64,000 nucleotides of DNA from an uncultured Verrucomicrobiae bacterium (GCA_963837955.1 CAWIPH010000002.1:2304001-2368000); one strand, 5' to 3'; shown: positions 1 through 10,926, numbered from the stretch's first letter. The notes: generated from the letters alone by a model not told the origin. Made by a program: numbers and translations.

Positions 1-444
1 CTGTTGCTGAGCCACCGTGAGCGAGCTCACCACGGTATCCGGATCATGGTGAAGTCCTAGGCGGCCAAGAACGGCCATGGTCTCGGCCCTCAGCTTCTTG
101 CGATCTAAAAAGAAAGCTGATTGCTTCGGTTCCTGGCCAAGGAATATGTTTTCCGCGATCGAAAGGTTGGGCGCCAAATTCAATTCTTGGTAAACAATAG
201 CAATACCTTTGGCCTGAGCTTCTGATGGGTCGGTGAACTTGACGGTCTCACCGGAGAACTCAACTGTTCCGGCATTGGGCTGATGGACGCCGGCGATGAT
301 CTGCATCAGCGTGCTTTTCCCCGCGCCATTTTCGCCGATCACTGCATGTATGCTCTTTTCCTCGACCTCGAAGGTGACGTCCCGCAAAGCCTGCACGCCA
401 GGAAAGTGCTTCGAGATTCCGTTTATCTTTAAAATCGGCGGCAT
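1..444 (-). CDS. Sugar ABC transporter ATP-binding protein, RbsA/MglA type (N-terminal part; runs off the window start)
   Basis: Manual translation from ATG at 444 gives MPPILKINGISKHFPGVQALRDVTFEV...GENGAGKSTLMQII (Walker A)...IVYQELNL. The frame is open to base 1. Not in the ORF track. Confidence 0.93.
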   Translation of the reverse strand, partial: MPPILKINGISKHFPGVQALRDVTFEVEEKSIHAVIGENGAGKSTLMQIIAGVHQPNAGTVEFSGETVKFTDPSEAQAKGIAIVYQELNLAPNLSIAENIFLGQEPKQSAFFLDRKKLRAETMAVLGRLGLHHDPDTVVSSLTVAQQQ

Positions 445-446
445 AG

Positions 447-646
447 GTAGCCTGATGCTCCAGCCTCAGGAGTGTGTCGGTGATTGGTGATTAGTGAGAG
501 GGCGGTGAGAGATTTCTGCCGAAGATTTGCCGATAGGTAGGAACCATTCACTAATCACCTCGCACCAATCACTTCTTATCTCTCACCTCTCACCTTTCGG
601 AATCGCTGCAGCCCCCGGGGTTCCTGAGGCTGGAGCATCAGGCTAC
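447..646. repeat. GTAG-type REPIN-like palindrome with heptamer-repeat core
   Basis: Perfect 25-bp inverted repeat GTAGCCTGATGCTCCAGCCTCAGGA (447-471) / 622-646, with GTGATTG/TCACCAA heptamers inside. Homolog at 51267-51491. Confidence 0.85.
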
Positions 647-659
647 CTCCCCAAAGGCT

Positions 660-706
660 GGCTTGTCCTCCATAGTTTTGGGCTTGGGGGAACGAAGGAG
701 GAAGCC
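660..706. repeat. Small ~45-bp hairpin element (CTTCCTCCTTCG...GGACAAG family)
   Basis: Reverse complement matches the insert at 51280-51322 and resembles the elements at 22084, 30773, 34562 and 37548. Confidence 0.65.
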
Positions 707-724
707 TTCGGTTACTTAAAAATA

Positions 725-1678
725 CTACTTCAAGAATTGGTCTACGTTAGCGGACGTCACCACATCGACGCCGGTATCTACGACGGCTGGTACTGTCTTG
801 CCCTGGGTGAGGTCGTTCAATATGTCCACACTCTTAACACCCATGGCATACGGTCTTTGGCCGATGAGACCATTGCAGGCGCCTTGTTTCAGAATCTTGA
901 GCTCCTCCGGCAAGGTGTCGAAAGCGATGACTACAAATTTCTTCGCTTTGATGTCGTCCAAATGTTTGGTGACCGCACGCAGATAAGCCTCCGGAGCACC
1001 GAAAAGCGGCCAACCGCCGGAGAAGAAGAAGCCGTTCAGGTCCGGGTAACGCGTTAAAGTATCCTGAATAATCTGGATCGACTTCGCCGCGTCATCATTG
1101 CAGGGGAAAGGCGAACCGGAGATTTCGGTGTATTCGCCTCCCGCCTCTTTGAGCGCTTTCCGGAACCCATCGCCTCGCTGGTTGTGATTGACCGAAGCCA
1201 GACCCCCGGTTATTACCGCGAACTTGCCCTTCGGTAGGGCGGTGGCGAACGCTTTGCCGGCTTCATAGCCGCCTTGTTCGTTGTTCGTGCCCACAAAACA
1301 AACACGTTGCGACTTCGGCGAGTCGGCGTCGAAGGTAATCACTTTAATTCCCTTTTTGATCGCAGCTTCGATCACACCGATTACGGAATCGCCGTCCATC
1401 GGGGCAACGGCAAAGCCATCCACACCGCGGCTGACCAGGTCCTGTAAAACTTGAACCTGTTTCGCTGCATCGGCGGTGTCCGGTCCGGTGTAAATAACAT
1501 TGACGCCGAGCTTCGCGCCTTCTTCTTTGCAGCCCTTTTCCACATCGTTGTAGAACGAGATGCTGATCGATTTTGGAATGATAGCGAACGTCTTCTGTTT
1601 TTGCGCGTGAGCGCTGGTCAGCAGAGCGAGTGAGTAGGTCACCAGGCCCGCTAAAAGAAACAATGGACTGTTTTTCAT
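725..1678 (-). CDS. Sugar ABC transporter periplasmic substrate-binding protein (RbsB-like)
   Basis: Sec signal peptide ending AHA; VITFDAD, VGTNN and GQRPYAMG motifs; lies between permease and ATPase. Confidence 0.92.
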   Translation of the reverse strand: MKNSPLFLLAGLVTYSLALLTSAHAQKQKTFAIIPKSISISFYNDVEKGCKEEGAKLGVNVIYTGPDTADAAKQVQVLQDLVSRGVDGFAVAPMDGDSVIGVIEAAIKKGIKVITFDADSPKSQRVCFVGTNNEQGGYEAGKAFATALPKGKFAVITGGLASVNHNQRGDGFRKALKEAGGEYTEISGSPFPCNDDAAKSIQIIQDTLTRYPDLNGFFFSGGWPLFGAPEAYLRAVTKHLDDIKAKKFVVIAFDTLPEELKILKQGACNGLIGQRPYAMGVKSVDILNDLTQGKTVPAVVDTGVDVVTSANVDQFLK

Positions 1679-1750
1679 ATGTATTATCAGGGGAACAACT
1701 TGGTTTTAGTGGATGCCGCCACCCAGTGGCATTACCCGTTCGAAAATCTC

Positions 1751-2746
1751 TCAATCATGACGTAAGAGCTTCCGAAAATAGTCGATGGATACGGCGAGAA
1801 TGATCACCGCTCCGACGAAGACTCCTTGCCAGTACGGATCGATGCCGAAGAGCAACAAGCCGTTCCGCAACACTTCCAAGATGATTGCACCGATTACGGT
1901 ACCAAGAATTGTGCCTTCGCCACCAGCCAGATTAGCTCCGCCAATCACGGTGGCGGCAATCACGGCCAGCTCTTCTCCGGTCCCTAAGTCGGCCGTAACG
2001 CTTGATAAATAGCTGTATTGGACGAGTCCGGCGATCCCCGCGACCAGTGCAGACAGGATGTAAACGATGATCTTTAGTCGATCGACGCGAAGACCGGTTA
2101 GACGCGCGGTTCTCTCGTTTCCTCCAACTGCATAAACGTAGCGCCCCCACACTGTGCGCGACAGCAGGATCCAAAAGAAAACAGCAGTAACGCAGAAAAT
2201 AATAAATGGGTTGGGGATTCCGAAAATGTCGCCGCCGCCGATCCACAGAAAGGATTGATATTCGTCACCAAATATCGAAATCGGTCGCCCGTGCGTGATG
2301 ATGAGCGCGAAGCTCCTGGCGATCGCCAGCGTTGCCAGGGTGGGCACGAAGGGCGACATTTTTAAGCGGGTAATGCAGAGCCCATTCATGAGTCCGATGC
2401 CGGAGGCAGCTAGCAGACTGATAAGAATAGCCAGCGGGACGGGCCACCCGTGGGTCAGCAAGAAGGCAACGACTACCGCAGTCATCCCCCAGACCGATCC
2501 AACGGACAAATCGATGCCCCCCGTCAGGATGACTAAGGTCATGCCCATTGCGACGATCCCAACAAAAGAGAAGTTCCGGGTGATGTTCGTAATGTTCTGG
2601 ATGTCTCGAAACTGTGGGATGAAAACAGCCAGGACCAGAAGCATCAACCCTAGTGCGCCGAGAATGCCGATCTCGCGGGGAAGCCGAAAAGTTCGTTGCG
2701 GCACTGCTTTTTCTGGATGCGATGGAGCCACCACTTCGGAATTCAT
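1751..2746 (-). CDS. Sugar ABC transporter permease (RbsC family)
   Basis: GMTLVILTGGIDLSVGS, GRYVYAVGGNE and IAATVIGG motifs; hydrophobic. Confidence 0.95.
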   Translation of the reverse strand: MNSEVVAPSHPEKAVPQRTFRLPREIGILGALGLMLLVLAVFIPQFRDIQNITNITRNFSFVGIVAMGMTLVILTGGIDLSVGSVWGMTAVVVAFLLTHGWPVPLAILISLLAASGIGLMNGLCITRLKMSPFVPTLATLAIARSFALIITHGRPISIFGDEYQSFLWIGGGDIFGIPNPFIIFCVTAVFFWILLSRTVWGRYVYAVGGNERTARLTGLRVDRLKIIVYILSALVAGIAGLVQYSYLSSVTADLGTGEELAVIAATVIGGANLAGGEGTILGTVIGAIILEVLRNGLLLFGIDPYWQGVFVGAVIILAVSIDYFRKLLRHD

Positions 2747-2905
2747 CTAGGGGGATTAGAGTCGAACTAAAGGGTTATGGAGGATTTTTGCCGAGATTCA
2801 AAACAAATTCATTCTCTAGAGAGTCGGGACCAGCCAATTTGAGACCCCTGAAGGGGATGCCTGTAACGCGCAAATACATTAGTTTCACCTCGCTTCAATT
2901 CATCT

Positions 2906-3889
2906 ATGCAAAAGGTTAATATTCCCGCGACGGACTTGCACGCTTCGACACTTGCTCTCGGAACGGATTATTTTGGGACCACGGTTAGCCGTGAACTGTC
3001 AATGCGACTCATGGACCGGTATCTCGAGGCTGGCGGCAACGTGATCGATACGGCCGAGGTGTACGCGGGTTGGATTCCCGGCGGAGAGCACCAAAGCGAA
3101 AAGGTCATTGGCGAGTGGTTGCGCGACCGACGCCTACGTGACGAGGTTATCCTGTCTACTAAGGGTGCTCACCCGAAGTTAGAGACCATGGAGGTCCCCC
3201 GGATGTCCAGAGGGGAGATTCAATCGGACCTGGATTCAAGCCTCCAACGGCTAGGGATAGACTGCGTCGACCTCTACTGGCTGCATCGGGATGCGCCCGG
3301 ATACCCCGTCGAGGAAATCCTCGAAACGATTGAGGCCTTCCGGCAAGCCGGTAAGATTAAGTTCGCCGGGTTCTCCAATTGGACTCAAGCTCGCGCGGAA
3401 GAAGCCCGCCAGGCGGCCCAGCGCCTAGGCTTGCAAGGTTTCATCGCGAGCCAGAATTTGTGGAGCTTAGCCAAGGTTGATTTGTCAAAGGCTGATCCGA
3501 CCTGGGCTTACATCGACGAGCCATTCGCCCAGTGGCACAGCGAGCTCGGCTTGGCGGCTTTTCCCTATCTGACCCAGGCGAACGGCTACTTCCGACGATT
3601 GGAACAAAACACTTTGGACCAGGTTCCGGCCGGCGCCAGAGTGAGAGAGCTGTTTGATCACGAAGAAAACCGAGCCCGATTCCAACGAGTGCGTCGCCTC
3701 CAGAAAAAGTACGACCTTTCGGTAGGACAGGTCGTCCTTGGATATCTTACTGGCCAACCCTTTCCGGTATTTCCACTCGTGGGTCCTAAAACCGTGGCCG
3801 ATTTGCAGGACTCCTTACGCTCTGTCGAAACCCAGCTCTCCGCGGCCGACATTTACTATCTAGAACACGGAGAGGTGAAGAACAGCTAA
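2906..3889 (+). CDS. Aldo/keto reductase
   Basis: IDTAEVY, STKG, SLQRLGIDCVDLYWLHRD and GFSNW motifs. Confidence 0.93.
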   Translation: MQKVNIPATDLHASTLALGTDYFGTTVSRELSMRLMDRYLEAGGNVIDTAEVYAGWIPGGEHQSEKVIGEWLRDRRLRDEVILSTKGAHPKLETMEVPRMSRGEIQSDLDSSLQRLGIDCVDLYWLHRDAPGYPVEEILETIEAFRQAGKIKFAGFSNWTQARAEEARQAAQRLGLQGFIASQNLWSLAKVDLSKADPTWAYIDEPFAQWHSELGLAAFPYLTQANGYFRRLEQNTLDQVPAGARVRELFDHEENRARFQRVRRLQKKYDLSVGQVVLGYLTGQPFPVFPLVGPKTVADLQDSLRSVETQLSAADIYYLEHGEVKNS

Positions 3890-3946
3890 GCCTGCGGCAA
3901 TTAGTCCATTAACTATTAACTCATGCAAAAAGAGATTGTGCTGGTG

Positions 3947-4783
3947 CTAATGGAAGCTGAACGGGCCGGTGGTGGTCGCGCCCTTGGAGTTCGAATTTAG
4001 ATCTGCTCCCCGAGCGTCTACTATGCGAAGCATTGCCCCCGTAGCCTCGAGGTTTTTTGCTTTGCTGTTAGAGAGGTGACTATCCGTGATCGTCAAATCA
4101 ACGTCGCGCAGACGGGCAAAAGTGGTCAGACAATTGTGCCCGTACTTGGATGAGTCTACCAGCACGTACGTCTCGTCGGCCACTCGCATGATCGCCTCTT
4201 TGACCTGCGCATCGTCAGGACTTGGCGTGCTGTGACCTTTTTCGGCGGTAAAGCCGGAACTTCCAAGAAAGGCCTTGTCTGCGCGATATCGGTCGAGAAT
4301 GGTCAACGTTTCCCGCCCGAGTAAGGCCAGGCTCTTGTTTCTGACGAAACCGCCCAAAAGGAGAATGTCATAGCCAGCGCTGGACAATTCCAAAGCCACC
4401 GGGACGGAGCAGGTGATAATAAATGCAGATTTTACCTGCTCCTTCAGCAGCTGGGCCAAGGCGAGGGTGGTGGTCCCCGCGTCCAGAATGATGGTGTCCC
4501 CATCTTTGATGTATCCCAATGCTGCGGCGGCAATCGCCCGCTTTTGCTGACGGTGCATCTGGCCGCGCTCGAAGAAGGACTTATTGAATCGACTGCGGTG
4601 GGAGAAGACGGCCCCACCAAAAGTCCGCTGGAGGAGGCCTTCACTTTCCAACTCATCTAAATCCTTCCGGATCGTGACCACACTGACTGCAAACCGATCG
4701 GCCAGGTCGCCGACATTCAAGGTACCGGTCTCTTCAAGCAGATCCAGAATCTGTTGACGCCGCTGGTCGGTTTTCACCTGCAT
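3947..4783 (-). CDS. DeoR/GlpR family transcriptional regulator
   Basis: HTH VSVVTIRKDLDELE...RTFGGA; sensor domain ILDAGTTT. Confidence 0.95.
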   Translation of the reverse strand: MQVKTDQRRQQILDLLEETGTLNVGDLADRFAVSVVTIRKDLDELESEGLLQRTFGGAVFSHRSRFNKSFFERGQMHRQQKRAIAAAALGYIKDGDTIILDAGTTTLALAQLLKEQVKSAFIITCSVPVALELSSAGYDILLLGGFVRNKSLALLGRETLTILDRYRADKAFLGSSGFTAEKGHSTPSPDDAQVKEAIMRVADETYVLVDSSKYGHNCLTTFARLRDVDLTITDSHLSNSKAKNLEATGAMLRIVDARGADLNSNSKGATTTGPFSFH

Positions 4784-4829
4784 GCTCCCTTCATCTCAAT
4801 TTGGTAAATCGAGTCGTCCCTATGACGCG

Positions 4830-5882
4830 TTACTGAATGTGCGGTCCGAGCAACGAAAGATCAGCTGCGCTGAGACGCTCTTTTGCGAACCTGGCTTGGT
4901 GCCAGTAAGGATACAGTAAGATCGGTGCACTGATCTTATCGAGTCGAGCTCGGTCTTCTGGTGCCAGCTTCACATTCGCCGCCGCCAGATTACCGGCTAA
5001 CTGTTCTTCGGTTCGGGCTCCGATGACGAGAGATGTCACTCCGGGACGGCCCAGGAGGTAGGCTAAGGCGATTTGAGCCGGCGAAACCTTATGGGTCTCT
5101 CCCAGCCCCACTAGCAGGTCAATGATGTCGTACAGCTGTTCTTCATTGTGAATTGGCGGCTCATCCCAGTTATTGAGATGCCGCGAACCTTCCGGCGTCT
5201 CTTGGCCTCGGCGATATTTCCCTGACAAGAGGCCGCCAGCCAAAGGACTCCAGACCAGGATGCCAAGACCTTGATCCAACGCGATGGGCACGAGTTCGTA
5301 TTCAGCGTCGCGGGCCTGCAACGAGTAATAGATCTGCTGGCTCACGAAGCGGACGTAATTCCGGCGATCGGAAATCGCCAGAGCTTTCATCAGATGCCAT
5401 CCGGAATAATTCGAGCTACCGACGTAGCGCACTTTTCCGGAGCGAACGAGGGTATCGAGCGTTTCCAGTGTCTCTTCCAGTGGTGTCTCTCCGTCCCATT
5501 CGTGAATCTGGTAAAGGTCGATGTAATCCGTCCGAAGCCTGCGCAAACTGTCTTCGCATTCTTTGATGATATGGTACCGCGAGGCGCCGCCTTCGTTGGG
5601 GCCGTCGCGCATGACCATTCTGAATTTCGTGGCAATGAGTACTTGGTCGCGGCGACCTTCCAAAACCTGACCAAGGATCTCTTCGGATACCCCCTGGGAG
5701 TACATGTTGGCCGTATCGAATAGATTGACTCCCGCTTCCAGGCAAAGGTCCACTTGACGGCGGGCGCCCTCTACGTCCGTCGCGCCCACTTTGCTGAAAA
5801 AAGAACGGCCACCGAAGGTCATGGTGCCCAGGCTGAGCACAGAGACTCTGAGACCGGATTGTCCAAGTTGGCGATATTCCAT
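4830..5882 (-). CDS. Aldo/keto reductase (Tas/YajO-like)
   Basis: Start set at [41 protein letters not shown] and WSPLAGGLLSGKY motifs. Confidence 0.94.
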   Translation of the reverse strand: MEYRQLGQSGLRVSVLSLGTMTFGGRSFFSKVGATDVEGARRQVDLCLEAGVNLFDTANMYSQGVSEEILGQVLEGRRDQVLIATKFRMVMRDGPNEGGASRYHIIKECEDSLRRLRTDYIDLYQIHEWDGETPLEETLETLDTLVRSGKVRYVGSSNYSGWHLMKALAISDRRNYVRFVSQQIYYSLQARDAEYELVPIALDQGLGILVWSPLAGGLLSGKYRRGQETPEGSRHLNNWDEPPIHNEEQLYDIIDLLVGLGETHKVSPAQIALAYLLGRPGVTSLVIGARTEEQLAGNLAAANVKLAPEDRARLDKISAPILLYPYWHQARFAKERLSAADLSLLGPHIQ

Positions 5883-6199
5883 AGATGCTCCCATAGGAAC
5901 ACTAACGAATTGCTTTGACAATCGAGATTTGCTAAGTCATTTCTAAAAGAAAGAAATTCGAAAGACCGGATTGTGTGTTTCCCCCTTAAATTCGCGAGCG
6001 AAAAACAACCCTTCAAGCGGTGCGCGAAGGTCTTTGGTCCGAATTTCTTTGGGCGATTCTCAGAAGATTAGCGCATGAAAAATTCGATTAGACTTAGGGT
6101 TGGACAGACTTTGCTCCGGTTCGCGGCGCCCAAATGTGCGAATCCGTTTCCGGTCTTGTTTTTGCCTAGCGATTATTTTGCAAGGCGGAGGAGCTTCAT

Positions 6200-7078
6200 G
6201 TGAAAATTGCAACAGCGCCGGTTAATTGGAACAGCCCTCACGTACCGGAGTACCGTCCCTGGACGCCCTATCCGCAGCTGCTAGAGGAAATGAAGGCGGC
6301 TGGTTACATGGCTACGGAGTGGGCAGCTGAAATGCCAAAAGATCCGAACCTACTGGCAACGGATTTGAATGCGCGTGGGCTTCGGTTGCTTGGCGGGTAT
6401 GTGGAGTTAGACCTCCGAACGGCAGCCAAGCGCGACCAGGAAATGCAAAAGGGCGTGGAGATGGGGAAGTTTTTCCAGTCGCTTAGCGGGAGTTTTTTAA
6501 TCGTCGGAGATAGCGGCGATTCGCGAAGGATTCAGGAAGCGGGTCACGTCAATCCGAGCGGTGGACTGACCGACTCGCAATGGCGCTTGCTCTGCGACGG
6601 CTTGAATGATTTGGGCGCATCGCTGAAGTCAGCGGGCATTCAGGTGGTGTTTCACAATCATGTCGGGACATATGTGGAAACGGAGGCCGAAACGTCCCAC
6701 TTACTCGATGGTACCGATCCGTCGCTGGTAGGCTGGTGCTTGGATTGCGGGCACCTTGTCTATGGAGGCGGCGACACCCTTCGGATGCTGGACAAGTATG
6801 GCAGCCGTGTTCGTTACGCCCATATCAAGGACGTCGACGGGAAAATCCTGCAAATGTCCCATGAACAAGGGTGGAGTTTTCTCGAGGCGCTCAAGCGGTT
6901 TATCTTTACGCCCCTTGGCGAGGGAATGGTCAACATTCCTGCCGTCATTCGGGTGCTAAAGAGTCATCGATACGATGGCTGGTTGGTCATCGAGCAGGAC
7001 ACGACGCCGTTGGATCCGACGGCGATCGCCCGGGAGAATCGGCTCTACTTGGAGAGGTTTTTGCAGTCAGAACGTTGA
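6200..7078 (+). CDS. Sugar phosphate isomerase/epimerase, IolE (inosose dehydratase)-like TIM barrel
   Basis: APVNW, FHNHVGTYVE, LDCGH, HIKDVD and GWLVIEQD motifs; RBS GGAGGAG upstream. Confidence 0.85.
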   Translation: MKIATAPVNWNSPHVPEYRPWTPYPQLLEEMKAAGYMATEWAAEMPKDPNLLATDLNARGLRLLGGYVELDLRTAAKRDQEMQKGVEMGKFFQSLSGSFLIVGDSGDSRRIQEAGHVNPSGGLTDSQWRLLCDGLNDLGASLKSAGIQVVFHNHVGTYVETEAETSHLLDGTDPSLVGWCLDCGHLVYGGGDTLRMLDKYGSRVRYAHIKDVDGKILQMSHEQGWSFLEALKRFIFTPLGEGMVNIPAVIRVLKSHRYDGWLVIEQDTTPLDPTAIARENRLYLERFLQSER

Positions 7079-7282
7079 TTGCCTGAAGAACCTGTGCGCC
7101 ATGCTGCGAAGGCTGCCGGGCAATAACGTTACCCAGGAGTGCCTGGATCAAACGCGACCTTAGCTTCGAATTAACATCGCTCCGAATGTAATTAGAAAGT
7201 CCCGCGAGGGTACTTGGTTCTCCCTCAGTGCCGAACCAGGTCTCGCTCCCCAAGAAAAAATGAAAGAACCCCCCAAAGAACA

Positions 7283-8314
7283 ATGAAAAAAAATAGCTCA
7301 GAGCTGTCACCACGGACCGCAAAGGCATGGACGATAATCCCCTTTTCCCTCTTCGCTGAGAAGCCGTTGCTTACTCTCAGTCTGGTCGTGTTTCTCGCCG
7401 CATTCGCTTCCGGTCAAACGAAGTTTGTGAAGAAGAATCCGGTCAAAATCGGTTATTCGGTTTTCGATATGCAGCAGCCTTACTGGCAGGCTTATTGGAA
7501 AGGTATTCAAGACGCCTGCAAGGCAGCCGGTTACCAATCCATCCTTTCCGATCAGAAGAGTAGCCAGCAAGCTGAGGTATCGGGGAGCATCGACTTGATC
7601 AATCAAGGGATTAGTGCCCTGATCAATTCACCGATTGAGCCGGCCGCTTTGCCGGCGGTCATCGATAAGGCGCATCAGGCAAATATACCGGTAGTGATTG
7701 GTGATGTAGGCGTGGCGGGCAAGTACGATGCATTTATTCTATCGAACAATGAAGATGGGGGGAAGCTTGCCGCCCAATACATGATAGAGCATCTCAAGGA
7801 CAAGTCGGGGATGAAGGAGGTTCTTGTGATTGAATTGCACCCGGGCGTAGCTGTAGGCGTGCCGCGAACAAAAGGGTTTGTCGATGAAATCAAGCAGCAC
7901 GCGGACTACAAAATAGTCGCGTCACTGAATGGTAAAGACACTGTGCAAGGTGGCTATCAGGCGACGCAGAACACGTTATCGGCTAATCCGAACCTATCCG
8001 GGATCTACGCAACGAACGATCCGATGGCTGAAGGAGCGGTTCAGGCGCTGAAAGCGGCGGGTAAGAATGGAGTGAAGGATGTATTTTTAGTTGGCTTTAA
8101 CGGCGATCCTCCCGCGCTAGAACTAATTAAGAGCGGTGAGATGGCTGCGACGATCCGGCAAGATCCGTACGGTCAAGGGCAGAGTTGCGTTGAGATTGCA
8201 ACGAAGCTTATGAATAACGAGCCTGTTGAATATTCGGACCCGGCGACAAAATCAGTTTTCTTTCCGGTAAAGGTAATCGACAAGGAAAACGTCGATCAGT
8301 TTCTCCAGAAGTAG
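7283..8314 (+). CDS. Sugar ABC transporter substrate-binding protein
   Basis: Signal-like hydrophobic stretch; IYATNDPMA, VGFNG and IRQDPYGQG motifs. Start codon uncertain. Confidence 0.9.
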   Translation: MKKNSSELSPRTAKAWTIIPFSLFAEKPLLTLSLVVFLAAFASGQTKFVKKNPVKIGYSVFDMQQPYWQAYWKGIQDACKAAGYQSILSDQKSSQQAEVSGSIDLINQGISALINSPIEPAALPAVIDKAHQANIPVVIGDVGVAGKYDAFILSNNEDGGKLAAQYMIEHLKDKSGMKEVLVIELHPGVAVGVPRTKGFVDEIKQHADYKIVASLNGKDTVQGGYQATQNTLSANPNLSGIYATNDPMAEGAVQALKAAGKNGVKDVFLVGFNGDPPALELIKSGEMAATIRQDPYGQGQSCVEIATKLMNNEPVEYSDPATKSVFFPVKVIDKENVDQFLQK

Positions 8315-8350
8315 GCGCGGCAGGTTTTGAACCATAGGCACTATTAGGCC

Positions 8351-9916
8351 ATGCTGTCGCTACGGAGGCTGAGATTGGGAACCGATCCGACATCTCCCCA
8401 GCAATCCATCCTTAGTCTGACTGGAATTTCGAAGCAATTTCCAGGGGTAAGGGCACTAAACAGTGTCGATTTCAGCCTCTTATCTGGAGAAGTTCACGCG
8501 CTAATGGGAGAAAACGGCGCGGGCAAGAGCACACTGATCAATATTATCAGTGGTCTTCTGCACCCGACGTCCGGAAAGATTTGCGTAGCCGGTGAAGAGG
8601 TCATTCTCACCAGCGCGATCCAGGCTCAAAAAGTTGGCATCAGTACAATCACCCAAGAATTTAACCTGGTCCCGGAGCTTACTGTTGCTGAGAATATATT
8701 TCTCGGACGCGAACCGACTGTGCGAATGGGTCTGCTGAACTGGCGAGAGATCAAAAGGCGCGCTTCGGAAGTGCTTGATGAGCTGGGGCTCAGTGTACCT
8801 TTAGGTCAGCGTGTCGCCTACTTGAGTGTCGGAGACCGGCAACTCGTTGAGATTGCCAAGGCGCTGTCGATGGAATTTCGGATCATCACGATGGATGAGC
8901 CGACGGCGGCATTGAATGCCGCCGAGGTGGCGCGTCTTTTCGAAATCATAGAGAGATTAAAGCGGCGCGGGATCGCGGTTCTTTATGTTTCTCACCGTCT
9001 CAGAGAAATTTTTCAAATTGCAGATCGAGTGACTGTTCTTCGGGATGGGAAACGAGTTGATACTCGGCGCTTGGATGAACTCACGGAAGACGACGTGGTG
9101 ACGATGATGCTCGGCCGCGCCCTGAAAAAAGAAGCGGCTATCTACCAGCCAATTCCGGTCTCTGAAAAAGCTGCTCTTTCCGTCAATAATCTCACAGTTC
9201 CGGGTTTTGTGAGAAACGTCTCATTTGATCTGCGTGTTGGCGAGGTAATGGGCTGCGCCGGTCTGGTAGGATCCGGGCGTTATGAGTTGACGTGTGCACT
9301 TTTCGGCCTTCTGCGAATTTCAAGCGGTGAGGTTAAGATCAACAGCCAGCCTGTCGTCCTTAACTCATGCAACGCTGCCATGCGCCGCGGCATTTACATG
9401 CTGCCAGAGGAACGGAAAGTGGAAGGCATTTTCCCAGATTTAACGGTTCGCGAAAACCTCTTGATTGGCGCAAAGCGGTTGTTTCATCGACTAACCGAGT
9501 TGCTGATCAATGCCAACGCTGAGGAGAAACAATACGAGGAGATGCGCAAATCGCTCGATATCCGGGCCTCAAGTTCAGCGCAGAGAATAACCAAACTAAG
9601 TGGCGGAAATCAGCAAAAGGTTATGCTGGGTCGAGCCCTAACGAGCAATTCGCGCATCCTGCTGTTGAATGAACCGACGCGTGGCGTTGATGTCGGCACC
9701 CGGGTCGAAATTCACGCCGCTATTCGTAAGTTGGCTCAGAGTGGATATGCGATCATTGTAAGTTCTTCCGATATTCCTGAACTCGTAAGTGTCAGCGATC
9801 GTTGCCTGGTTTTGAGTGCGGGCCGGACAAAGGGGTTATTGGATCGGGCACAAATTAACGAGGACAACATTACCGCGCTGGCGATCGGCCAAGAAATTAC
9901 GGGAGATAACCGATGA
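8351..9916 (+). CDS. Sugar ABC transporter ATP-binding protein (tandem ABC domains)
   Basis: GENGAGKS, MDEPT, LSGGNQQKV and EPTRGVDVG motifs. Confidence 0.96.
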   Translation: MLSLRRLRLGTDPTSPQQSILSLTGISKQFPGVRALNSVDFSLLSGEVHALMGENGAGKSTLINIISGLLHPTSGKICVAGEEVILTSAIQAQKVGISTITQEFNLVPELTVAENIFLGREPTVRMGLLNWREIKRRASEVLDELGLSVPLGQRVAYLSVGDRQLVEIAKALSMEFRIITMDEPTAALNAAEVARLFEIIERLKRRGIAVLYVSHRLREIFQIADRVTVLRDGKRVDTRRLDELTEDDVVTMMLGRALKKEAAIYQPIPVSEKAALSVNNLTVPGFVRNVSFDLRVGEVMGCAGLVGSGRYELTCALFGLLRISSGEVKINSQPVVLNSCNAAMRRGIYMLPEERKVEGIFPDLTVRENLLIGAKRLFHRLTELLINANAEEKQYEEMRKSLDIRASSSAQRITKLSGGNQQKVMLGRALTSNSRILLLNEPTRGVDVGTRVEIHAAIRKLAQSGYAIIVSSSDIPELVSVSDRCLVLSAGRTKGLLDRAQINEDNITALAIGQEITGDNR

Positions 9917-10926
9917 GCAACTCTCCCGAATGGCTAAATTTTCGGACCATTTTCAGCGTGTCGAACGCGACGCGTTTCATCCAAGTTGCTGAGAGCCTTG
10001 GTGTCTTTGCCATGTTGTTGATCGTGGTGATTGGAGCATCGATCATTGCACCGGGATTCTTTACCTACACCAATCTTACTAACACGCTGATCGCCGCCTC
10101 GATTACCGCGATAACTGGTCTGGGGATGACCTTTGCCATAGCCATGGGCGGTTTTGATCTGTCGGTGGGCTCCGTTCAAGTATTGACCGCAATTACGGTT
10201 GCTGGGTTGCTTTCTGCGGTTGATCCGCCGCTCGCGATTCTCGGGGCCTTGCTCACCGGTTTAGTGCTCGGGGTCCTGAATGGAGTCCTGATCAGTAAGC
10301 TCAGGCTTCCTGCTTTTGTAGTGACATTTGGAATGATGAGCATCGTCCGAGGTATAGCGCTGCTCGTCACCCAGGGACAATCGGTGATGATCACTAAGCA
10401 TATCGAATTTGGACTACTCAATAACGGTAAGATCCTAGGGCTGCCCGTGCCTTTCATTATCATGCTGGTAGTGTTCATCGTCCTTGGCGTCTTGCTCTAT
10501 CACACCCCCTTCGGGCGTCACGCATGCGCTATCGGCGGGAATCGGACGGCTGCGATTGTTTCTGGCATCAATGTCGATCGCACTACCATCGCGGTATTTG
10601 GCCTCGTTGGCGTAACGGCGGCAATTTCTGGAGTGATGCTTAGCTCCCAACTCATGATCGTAGACGCAACCCTGGGAACCGGGTTTGAACTTCAGGCTAT
10701 TACTGTTAGCGTGCTCGGCGGTACCAGTCTTTCGGGAGGACATGGGAATTTGATTGGAACAATCTTTGCCGCCCTGCTTTTGGCAACCATCGCGAGTGCC
10801 TTAAATATTTTAAAGATAATCGCGGTTTACCAGTATTTAGCGCTGGGAGTCCTTCTGATTTTCGCATTGTCTATTGACGCCGCGCGGCGCGCCTTCATTA
10901 CCAAGTCGCTATTAAGCCATGCCTAG
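9913..10926 (+). CDS. Sugar ABC transporter permease
   Basis: GMTFAIAMGGFDLSVGS and FGRHACAIGGN motifs; ATGA overlap with the ATPase. Confidence 0.95.
   Translation: MSNSPEWLNFRTIFSVSNATRFIQVAESLGVFAMLLIVVIGASIIAPGFFTYTNLTNTLIAASITAITGLGMTFAIAMGGFDLSVGSVQVLTAITVAGLLSAVDPPLAILGALLTGLVLGVLNGVLISKLRLPAFVVTFGMMSIVRGIALLVTQGQSVMITKHIEFGLLNNGKILGLPVPFIIMLVVFIVLGVLLYHTPFGRHACAIGGNRTAAIVSGINVDRTTIAVFGLVGVTAAISGVMLSSQLMIVDATLGTGFELQAITVSVLGGTSLSGGHGNLIGTIFAALLLATIASALNILKIIAVYQYLALGVLLIFALSIDAARRAFITKSLLSHA

Noticed and set aside
296..1057. Plus-strand ORFs 296-490 and 527-1057
   Set aside because: They are antisense shadows of ABC genes and repeat sequence.
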